32,000 nt of DNA, from NCBI GenBank assembly GCA_019056805.1, contig DXJG01000009.1, positions 90,001-122,000 on the forward strand, read 5' to 3'. The notes under the pieces are model-generated. The model was not told where the DNA came from. It searched no databases and saw nothing but the letters and a program-made list of their open reading frames with translations. The position numbers and the translations under genes were made by a program. Positions within the stretch are counted from its first letter, which is position 1. Each line of letters begins with the position of its first letter. This document shows, piece after piece, positions 8,828-15,967 of this stretch. This DNA is from Candidatus Baldrarchaeota archaeon (GTDB taxonomy: Archaea; Asgardarchaeota; Baldrarchaeia; Baldrarchaeales; DXJG01).

Positions 8828-9693
8828 TAACAAAATCTAAAATATTATTTAAATTTCTCAAAAATAGGAAAACCATAACAAGCCTTGCTATCATTTCAAC
8901 TTATATCATATTTTCTATTTTTGCTCTCTTTATTGACACATCACAACTATTTTCCACTGAATTCTTTAAACCACCATCTTCCAAACACATACTTGGCACC
9001 GACGGCCTCGGAAGAGACATTTTATTAATTTTAATAGACTACACTCCATATACGATTGCTAGCGCATTCGCAGCAACTCTAATTGCGCTTGTCATCGGTT
9101 TAATAGTGGGTTTAATTTCAGGTTACTATTCTGGTAAATGGTTTGCTAGACTACTAGACAGAATAACAGACATAATCCTTAGCCTACCAATAATTATAGT
9201 AATTGGCGTAATATTTATAGAAGAAGCACCAAACATCATAGGACTCATATTAATAACGGGACTATTCAGCTGGCCTATAACTGCCAAAGCCGTAAGAGGA
9301 CAAGTACTAGTAGTTAGAGAAAAAACATACGTAGAAGCTTCAAAAGCCATCGGCACAAGCGACAAACACATAATGTTCAAAGTAATTTTACCCGATGCAG
9401 CACCAGTAGCGGCAGCATCTCTCATATACACCGCCGCCCTAATAGTACTACTCCAAGCAGGATTAGCATTCTTAGGATTCAAATGGACCATTGGAGGAAC
9501 AGAAGCCCGCACCCCATACACCTTCACTTGGGGTGGATTCCTAGGTTTCCAAGGAATATTCGCAGCAACAGCAATAGGTGCTTGGTGGGTCATAGTACCC
9601 CCAGCTTTATGCCTATCCCTTCTAATATTATCCATCGGAATGTTAGGAATCGCAATAAGCGAAACACTAAGCCCAGAACAAAATAGATTCTAG
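8824..9693 (+). CDS. dppC: Peptide/nickel ABC transporter permease (DppC/OppC family)
   Basis: PPSSKHILGTDGLGRDI, YVEASKAIGTSDKHIMFKVILP, LAFLG, WWVIVPP; 4-nt overlap with dppB. Confidence 0.88.
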   Translation: MITKSKILFKFLKNRKTITSLAIISTYIIFSIFALFIDTSQLFSTEFFKPPSSKHILGTDGLGRDILLILIDYTPYTIASAFAATLIALVIGLIVGLISGYYSGKWFARLLDRITDIILSLPIIIVIGVIFIEEAPNIIGLILITGLFSWPITAKAVRGQVLVVREKTYVEASKAIGTSDKHIMFKVILPDAAPVAAASLIYTAALIVLLQAGLAFLGFKWTIGGTEARTPYTFTWGGFLGFQGIFAATAIGAWWVIVPPALCLSLLILSIGMLGIAISETLSPEQNRF

Positions 9694-9772
9694 AACCTAA
9701 ACCTAAAGTATCTAAAATAAACACGTCTAGGAACCATTAGAAGAAATAATAGGAATAACAAAGTGGAGCGTC

Positions 9773-10303
9773 TTGTTTGTGGACATCGGAATTTTCTCAA
9801 TAAATTTAAAGAACAACTTCGCTGCCCTCTTAAAATCGATCAATATCGTTAAATTTCGATGCATCCACTGCGGGCTTTGTTGCAGATTAGGCGGGCCCCG
9901 TTTAACAACTTTCGATATTAAAATACTGGAAAATACTGGTTACGACAGTAAACTCTTCTTAAATCCTTTAAAAGAAACTAAAAAGACATATAAAGGTAAA
10001 AAAGCAATGCAAGGTATCTTAAAAAGTAAGCTTAATGGAGAATGTATTTTTCTAAAGAGAAATCCTAACTCTGAAAAATATTTTTGTTCAATCTATGAGC
10101 ACAGACCCATTTTATGCAGACTGTACCCTTTTGACTGGGAACTAATAAAAACCGAAAACGAACACATCATAATTCTGTTGAAACTTCTTTCCAGTTGCTT
10201 GGGTATCAACGTTAAAAACGGAGAGCCTGTTGATGCATTATTCTTAAGAAAATACCTAGCCGATAGTATCAATAAATTATTTAGAATTACAAACTTAACA
10301 TAA
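9773..10303 (+). CDS. YkgJ-family cysteine-cluster protein (CxxCxxCC)
   Basis: FRCIHCGLCC ... CIFL ... CSIYEHRPILCRLYPF ... C. Confidence 0.85.
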   Translation: MFVDIGIFSINLKNNFAALLKSINIVKFRCIHCGLCCRLGGPRLTTFDIKILENTGYDSKLFLNPLKETKKTYKGKKAMQGILKSKLNGECIFLKRNPNSEKYFCSIYEHRPILCRLYPFDWELIKTENEHIIILLKLLSSCLGINVKNGEPVDALFLRKYLADSINKLFRITNLT

Positions 10304-10353
10304 CCCAGTAGGAGGTCATTAAAAGTAGATCTAAATTTTCGAGGGAAAACTAA

Positions 10354-10821
10354 ATGGATAAAACTCAACGTATAAATCTATTCAAAAAATGTTTGAAAAA
10401 CGTAGCAGAAGAATCAATGGGCGGACTTATACATTTCTATACAAAAGAAGCTTTACAAGGACCTCCAAACGGATGCTTTGTTCAGTTTGCAGGTGGAATC
10501 GAAGGATTAGCATGCGACATACCCATAATATGGCTTTCAAAAGAAGAAATAGAAAAAATCAGAAAAATACCAGAATTTTTTGAAGCAAAAGAAATAGGAT
10601 CCTTCCAAGCATACTTCGGAGTCAGCGACGAAGACATAGAAAAAATGGCAAACCTAACAGAAAAAATATTTACAGAAATATACAATCTACCGCCCAACTA
10701 TGAAATAATCGCCGAATACACAATAAATCAAAAAACAGGAATCAGAATATACCCAGATGGGAAAGAAGAAAAAATAAACTGGATAAAGGAATCTCTACTA
10801 AGAAAACTAAAACTAATCTAA
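10354..10821 (+). CDS. Hypothetical protein
   Basis: 155-aa ORF with A-ending codons like neighbouring plus-strand genes; GAGGG upstream; FVQFA motif; no confident family. Confidence 0.65.
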   Translation: MDKTQRINLFKKCLKNVAEESMGGLIHFYTKEALQGPPNGCFVQFAGGIEGLACDIPIIWLSKEEIEKIRKIPEFFEAKEIGSFQAYFGVSDEDIEKMANLTEKIFTEIYNLPPNYEIIAEYTINQKTGIRIYPDGKEEKINWIKESLLRKLKLI

Positions 10822-10945
10822 GCATAAAGTGATATTTCATAAAATCTTGTTATCAAGTTAACAAGACGATTTCGTGAAACAAGCCTTTTACGACATAGCA
10901 ACATTAAAACACGCATCAAAATTAATCTAAGACGAGTAAATTTTA

Positions 10946-10958
10946 GTAAAATTTAAAT
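10946..10958 (+). promoter_or_regulatory. BRE/TATA for sRNA-A
   Basis: GTAAAA followed by TTTAAAT (10952-10958), about 24 nt upstream of the GGGGG at 10982. Confidence 0.5.
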
Positions 10959-10981
10959 GTTAAGCCATATAATTGCTATTT

Positions 10982-11068
10982 GGGGGATGAAGAACCGCCA
11001 CTAATGCTGCAATCTTCCAGAATGAGATGTTTAAAGAAAGGGTGATGACCGCACCCTTTTCAGACCCC
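10982..11068 (+). ncRNA. Box C/D-type K-turn small RNA candidate (sRNA-A), atypically long
   Basis: Terminal stem GGGG/CCCC, box C AUGAAGA (10987-10993) and box D CAGA (11061-11064) in exact K-turn register. Internal C' GUGAUGA (11042-11048) lies 12 nt before box D. D' box is ambiguous. Confidence 0.6.
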
Positions 11069-11134
11069 TTCCCTTACGCGTTTTCCTCTGTTTTATGAAG
11101 TATTGAGGTGTAGTAGTCGTAATTTACATGTCAG

Positions 11135-11695
11135 ATGATGAAAATGAGAAATAATCTTAAGAGTAAGAAGCTTAAGCGAATTTCCTTTGATAGGAAATAT
11201 GCTATTGATATTTTACTAGGTATTAAAAGGGCTACGATAAGAAAGACAAATAAGGGGTTAAATTCCGGAGATGTTGTAGAATTTTATACTAGGGGCCCTA
11301 GGGGTAGGTTAATAGGTTGGGGGAAAGTAAAAAGGATAGTTAGGAAGAAAGTTTCGGAGTTAAGCGATCGTGATATAATGCTTGAAGGGTTTAGTGACCG
11401 GGGAAACCTTTTGTCTGTTCTTTCCTCTCATTACAAGGGTATTCAAGATGAAGATGAGATATTTCTAATAGAGTTTGAACTTGAAAAGCCGAGCATCTCC
11501 TTTTCTAAGGAAGTTTTTTCAAAAATTGCTAAGTTAGCCTTAGATAGAGATTTGAAGCTTTCTCAAAGTGACAAGAAATTGCTGGAATATTTTCTAAAAA
11601 CGTCCAAAAAAGATAAAATTATTCTTAGCACGGATCTAAGGGATGTTATACGTAAAATATATGTTAAGTTAAGATCTGAGGAGTTTTCTTCTTGA
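11135..11695 (+). CDS. ASCH-domain protein with C-terminal helical extension
   Basis: ISFDRKYAIDILLGIKRATIRK (GxKxxTxR), GDVVEF, LSDRDIMLEGF, IEFEL; about 70-aa extra C-terminal domain. Confidence 0.85.
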   Translation: MMKMRNNLKSKKLKRISFDRKYAIDILLGIKRATIRKTNKGLNSGDVVEFYTRGPRGRLIGWGKVKRIVRKKVSELSDRDIMLEGFSDRGNLLSVLSSHYKGIQDEDEIFLIEFELEKPSISFSKEVFSKIAKLALDRDLKLSQSDKKLLEYFLKTSKKDKIILSTDLRDVIRKIYVKLRSEEFSS

Positions 11696-12070
11696 TTTTG
11701 CTTCTTCGATTAGTTTTTTAATAAAAATTTCTATTTCTTTACAGTGTTTCTTAATTTCATTTCCAGTTACAGTGTGGCTCATGGGGCAGTCTTCATCAAC
11801 TAAGCAGGTTTTTTCACGTATTGAGTAGATTATTGGGTAAAATTTACATCCTGTTGGTCTATGATCGTATATTTTACATTTCATTGTTTCCGGGTTGAGA
11901 AAGAAGCAATGTCCATTGATGTTTTTTAGAAAAATGAAACCTTGTTTTTCTACTGTAAATTCTTTCCTAGAGTAGCCGAGAGACTCTAAACGTTTTATAT
12001 CATCTTCAGAGAGTAGCATTTCGGTGTTTAAGCAACATTGACCGCACCTTTTACACTGCATTTTAATCAC
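11669..12070 (-). CDS. Second YkgJ-family cysteine-cluster protein
   Basis: CKRCGQCC ... HCFFL ... CKIYDHRPTGCKFYP ... C..D.DCP. Confidence 0.88.
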   Translation of the reverse strand: MIKMQCKRCGQCCLNTEMLLSEDDIKRLESLGYSRKEFTVEKQGFIFLKNINGHCFFLNPETMKCKIYDHRPTGCKFYPIIYSIREKTCLVDEDCPMSHTVTGNEIKKHCKEIEIFIKKLIEEAKSRRKLLRS

Positions 12071-13211
12071 CTTCTATCCTATAAACTACACCTTGCTCGA
12101 GATCTCGTTCTTGTTTTACCCCTGGGATATCTTTAAATAGCAATCCTTTAAGCCAGGCAACTCTAAGTTTTCTTCGATATTTTTTAGAAGTTCTAAAGCT
12201 TTCTGCCACGTGCATAATATCTTCTAAAGATGTAAAGGCTTTTCTTTCGCGGATAAATTTCCAATAATTTTCTAAACTTGGATAATATCTTCCTTTGAGT
12301 TTTAATCCGCTGCATCTTGCTGTATGCAGGTCAAAAAATCCTTCTTTGCAAGTTCCAAAAGTTAGTTTATACTCTTTGCATAGTTCAGCTATCTGCTTCA
12401 AAACTTTGTGCCTATATGTAGTCTCAGCTCTTCTATAACCAGCGAGATCTTCAAACCCCTTCTTGAAATACAACTTTTCATATTTTTTAATCAACGTATA
12501 ATCGTATTTACCCAGAAACCTTTTGAAATTCTTCCAAACAGTTTTTGAGATTTTAAGCACAGAAGAAATTATATGACGAACTCCTAACCCAGACAATGTC
12601 GAAATAAGCTCTTTTAAAACGGTAGGATCATCATTAATGTAGGGGAGAATAGGATCTATTCTAACATTTACTGGAATTCCAGTTTCTGATAACTCTTCAA
12701 TTGCACGTAATCTTCGCTCTATAGACGGGGAAAATGGCTCTAATTTCTTCTTTAATTTTTCATCTAAAGTGATAATTGTAAAAAGAACGGCGCAAAGATT
12801 CTTTGATGAAAGTTTTGAAATTATATCAATATCTCTTAAAACAAGATCTGATTTTGTAGCAATAAAACAAGGAGAGTTGAAATTATAGAATTCTTCAAGA
12901 ACACCTCTTACCAACTTATATTTCTCTTCTGCTGTTTGGTAAGGATCTGTTGCCGACCCGAAATTTACAGGTTGAAGCCTTCCTTTCCACCATTTCAACT
13001 CTCTTCTCGCAAGCTCAACAGCATTTATACGAACTTCTATTCTCTTATGGTAATCTGGTCTGAGAGAACGGGCATAACAATAGACACAGGCATGTGAACA
13101 TCCAATATAGATATTTGCAGCAAAACGATGTGGACAGAATCTCCAAATTTCCCATGACCTGTCTATTGGATGTATAAGATTTTTCGCATTTTTCTCCTCG
13201 TAAACGACCAT
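12063..13211 (-). CDS. Radical SAM protein, SplB/Rv2578c-like family
   Basis: NIYIGCSHACVYCYAR (CxxxCxxC), FGSATDPYQ, ATKSDLVLRD, LEPFSPSIERRL, RIDPILP. Confidence 0.85.
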   Translation of the reverse strand: MVVYEEKNAKNLIHPIDRSWEIWRFCPHRFAANIYIGCSHACVYCYARSLRPDYHKRIEVRINAVELARRELKWWKGRLQPVNFGSATDPYQTAEEKYKLVRGVLEEFYNFNSPCFIATKSDLVLRDIDIISKLSSKNLCAVLFTIITLDEKLKKKLEPFSPSIERRLRAIEELSETGIPVNVRIDPILPYINDDPTVLKELISTLSGLGVRHIISSVLKISKTVWKNFKRFLGKYDYTLIKKYEKLYFKKGFEDLAGYRRAETTYRHKVLKQIAELCKEYKLTFGTCKEGFFDLHTARCSGLKLKGRYYPSLENYWKFIRERKAFTSLEDIMHVAESFRTSKKYRRKLRVAWLKGLLFKDIPGVKQERDLEQGVVYRIEGD

Positions 13212-13400
13212 TTTTATCCCTAAATTCTGTTTTAATACTTTTCAAGATTTTCTATGCCCGAAGGTTCAAAATATATGTTAAACTTCATTCTACGATCTTA
13301 GTTATTGTGAAAGAGTTATGGATCGACACTTTTATTTTATTGTTTGCATAAGTAAATAATACTATGTCAACCTTTTCGATATTTTATTGGAGGAACGTTA

Positions 13401-13664
13401 ATGCCAGCTAAAAAGGTTAAAGCGATATATATTGATGAAAAACTCTGTAAAGGATGCCATATTTGTATAGAATTTTGTCCACAAAAAGTTTACGTTAAAT
13501 CTGAAAAAATGAACGAGAAAGGAGTATATCCACCAATTCCTCGTTACATAGAAAAATGTGTTGCATGCAAGTTATGTGAGCTTTATTGCCCAGACTTTGC
13601 AATTGTAGTTGACGTAGAAGAACCAACTTCTGAACCAAAGGACGTACCAACGATTAAATCCTAA
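13401..13664 (+). CDS. 2x[4Fe-4S] ferredoxin (2-oxoacid:ferredoxin oxidoreductase delta-subunit-like)
   Basis: CKGCHICIEFCP and CVACKLCELYCPDFAI; N.KG.YP linker typical of KorD/VorD; RBS GGAGG. Confidence 0.88.
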   Translation: MPAKKVKAIYIDEKLCKGCHICIEFCPQKVYVKSEKMNEKGVYPPIPRYIEKCVACKLCELYCPDFAIVVDVEEPTSEPKDVPTIKS

Positions 13665-13740
13665 TTTTAGAAAATTTATTTTAAATACGACGTTTCTGAT
13701 AGGCATTAGATATCTATCTTAAAAAACGATTTGTAGAATT

Positions 13741-13813
13741 TTTCAAATTTTCAGTGTCCACGGCATCAATCATCGCGTAAGCTCAGAGTCGTCGCCAGTC
13801 ATCATGTTCGAAA
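13741..13813 (-). ncRNA. Canonical dual-guide box C/D sRNA (sRNA-B)
   Basis: Minus strand reads AUGAUGA (C, 13805-13799), 12-nt CUGGCGACGACU, CUGA (D'), GC-UUAC-GC-G linker, AUGAUUG (C'), 12-nt AUGCCGUGGACA, CUGA (D, 13754-13751). Flanking UUUCGAA/UUUGAAA stem; TATA about 25 nt upstream. Confidence 0.9.
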
Positions 13814-13830
13814 ATAAATGAAACCTAACC

Positions 13831-13839
13831 TTATATAAA
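13831..13839 (-). promoter_or_regulatory. TATA box for sRNA-B
   Basis: Minus strand TTTATATAA, about 25 nt upstream of box C. Confidence 0.6.
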
Positions 13840-13927
13840 TTATCTCATGTTTTTTAACATAAATTATGCATTATTGGTTCGAAATTTATTTCTGTAATTT
13901 AAAATTAAACCGATTTTAACTAAGTGT

Positions 13928-14269
13928 TTAGTAGTCGCTAAATTTTTTAAGAAGTTTAAAATGAATTACGGTAATTTTATCATTCGGTTTAATTTGACCA
14001 TAATATTTTCTCAAAGCTTTAAAAAGCTCTTCTTTTGTTAAAAATCCATCTTTTACAGCATCTTCTTCGCTTAATTCAGATATTTGTGTGTATTTAACTT
14101 CTGTTATCTCCGCCTCCGCATATATTCTATTTTGAGAGGTAATTAAAACCTTTTCTCCAATTTTAAAGTCTCTAATACCTTTTCTAATGGTTGTTATCTT
14201 TTTCCCCTCAAGTATTTTCTTAATATAAGACTCATCGAAATCTAAGGTCTTCTTACGCATTTTACCCAC
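13928..14269 (-). CDS. ASCH-domain protein (single domain)
   Basis: LDFDESYIKKILEGKKITTIRKG, GEKVLI, LSEEDAVKDGF, IHFKL. Confidence 0.88.
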   Translation of the reverse strand: MGKMRKKTLDFDESYIKKILEGKKITTIRKGIRDFKIGEKVLITSQNRIYAEAEITEVKYTQISELSEEDAVKDGFLTKEELFKALRKYYGQIKPNDKITVIHFKLLKKFSDY

Positions 14270-14390
14270 TCACTATGCTGGTTTTTCTTCTAAAACCTTT
14301 GGCAACTATACCTCTAAAAATAAAAATTAAATTTATTAACATTTACTACGAACGTTATTTCCCAATTCAACTTCTCTCGAGGTGTGGCAA

Positions 14391-15332
14391 ATGCAAAAAG
14401 CGACTATTGTCGTTCACGGAGGTGCGGGACGTATCAGACCAGAATTTAGAGAAAAAGCTTTAAAAGGCGTTAAAAGAGCCGCCGAAGCTGGATTCGACAC
14501 GCTGAAAAGGGGAGGTTCAGCACTTGATGCTGTTGAAGAAGCTGTTAAAGTTTTAGAGGACGATCCAACTTTCAATGCAGGTATAGGGTCCACATTAACT
14601 GTTAATGGAAAAATTGAAATGGATGCATCAATCATGGATGGAAAAACATTAAATGCAGGAGCAGTAGCCATGGTTAGCAATATTAGGCATCCAGTGACCC
14701 TTGCAAGAATAATAATGGAAAAAACAGATCATGTATTTATCGCTGGCAGCTTTGCAGAAACGATCGCTGAACTATTTAATCTTGAGAGATGTAACCCAAT
14801 TACGGAAGATCGATTAAAAATATGGAAAGAATATAAAACAAAGGCAATAGAAGGAACTTATCCATACCTACCGAAATTAACCGATCTAATTAAGTTGTTA
14901 CCCGAACTTATTGCAGATACTGTGGGGGCGGTTGCAAGGGATCAAGATGGTAATGTAGCCGCTGCAACAAGTACAGGAGGTTTAACCCTAAAATTACCTG
15001 GAAGAATAGGAGACACTCCATTAATAGGCTGTGGAAACTACGCAGATAACGATGCAGGCGCAGTTTCAGCCACAGGAATTGGCGAAGTAGCTATAAGACT
15101 GGTCATTGCTAAAACAATATGCGACTTCATGAAAAACGGACTAATAGCACAAAAAGCCGCTGAAAAAGGCATAGAACTAGTTATACAAAAACAAAACAAC
15201 CTGCCAATGGGAGTTATTGCAGTAGATAAATACGGAAATCCCGGAATAGCACATAATTCAGAAAGTCTATCATGGGCAATGATAACCTCCGACAACTTAA
15301 AGACTATAGCAGGACTAAAATATCCACCATAG
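14391..15332 (+). CDS. iaaA: Isoaspartyl peptidase/L-asparaginase (Ntn hydrolase)
   Basis: IVVHGGAG, LEDDPTFNAGIGS, EMDASIMDG, DTVGAVA (Thr nucleophile), ATSTGG, PGRIGDTP, SATGIGE. Start at ATG 14391, after GAGGTG. Confidence 0.93.
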   Translation: MQKATIVVHGGAGRIRPEFREKALKGVKRAAEAGFDTLKRGGSALDAVEEAVKVLEDDPTFNAGIGSTLTVNGKIEMDASIMDGKTLNAGAVAMVSNIRHPVTLARIIMEKTDHVFIAGSFAETIAELFNLERCNPITEDRLKIWKEYKTKAIEGTYPYLPKLTDLIKLLPELIADTVGAVARDQDGNVAAATSTGGLTLKLPGRIGDTPLIGCGNYADNDAGAVSATGIGEVAIRLVIAKTICDFMKNGLIAQKAAEKGIELVIQKQNNLPMGVIAVDKYGNPGIAHNSESLSWAMITSDNLKTIAGLKYPP

Positions 15333-15935
15333 GTGTTTTGTTTGCTTCAAATTAATATTATTGACAAACCTCTTATTTTTAAACAAGGAGACATAGTAGC
15401 AATATTACATTGCAAAAATAACGATTATATTCAATTAATTTACAAGATAGTTTTAGAATCGTTAAAAAACAAGCTAAAAACCTTAATAGTTGATTGTTCC
15501 TATAGCTTTAGAGAAACTGTTCTTCAAAACTTTTGTAAAGAAACAAAAATAGATTTTAACTCTCTAAAAACTTGGCTGAAGAAAATTACTATACGTGATG
15601 AAAATATTCTCCTTTCAACAATTCGTCAAATATATCATGATTCAACACAAAATTTTCAAATACTCATTTTTCTACACGTTAGTTTTCTCTTAGGAAAACT
15701 TTATAAAAAGCTAAAGGAAAGAGAACAGGTCATTAAAGACCTATTCTCTGTTATTGGACTATTAAAATCACCGAACCGAATAATTTTTATCATTGAAAGA
15801 ATGTTAGAGGGATTTTACCCCACAGAATGTATAGCCAGAGAAGAAGTAGAACAAATAGCAAATCAAAAAATATATTTTCTCCCCTACAAAACCATAAACA
15901 TAAATGGGAACAAAAAAGCCTACAAACAAATATAA
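15333..15935 (+). CDS. Hypothetical protein, possibly a degenerate RecA/RadB-fold protein
   Basis: Abuts iaaA. GDIVAIL / TLIVDCSYSF..L / ILIFLHVS follow RecA-core strand order, but there is no Walker A or Walker B consensus. Confidence 0.5.
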   Translation: MFCLLQINIIDKPLIFKQGDIVAILHCKNNDYIQLIYKIVLESLKNKLKTLIVDCSYSFRETVLQNFCKETKIDFNSLKTWLKKITIRDENILLSTIRQIYHDSTQNFQILIFLHVSFLLGKLYKKLKEREQVIKDLFSVIGLLKSPNRIIFIIERMLEGFYPTECIAREEVEQIANQKIYFLPYKTININGNKKAYKQI

Positions 15936-15967
15936 CCCATAAAATTTAACCTTAAAGGAGGAGTTCT

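Noticed and set aside
10982-11020. Fluoride (crcB) riboswitch reading of GGGGAUGAAG..AACCGC..GCUG..CUUC
   Set aside because: The P1 3' strand is missing, the conserved UGAUG before the pseudoknot strand is absent, and no fluoride exporter is downstream. The C/D K-turn reading fits better.
11128-11154. 8-codon uORF (MSDDENEK) overlapping the ASCH1 start
   Set aside because: Too short to support; no evidence of function.
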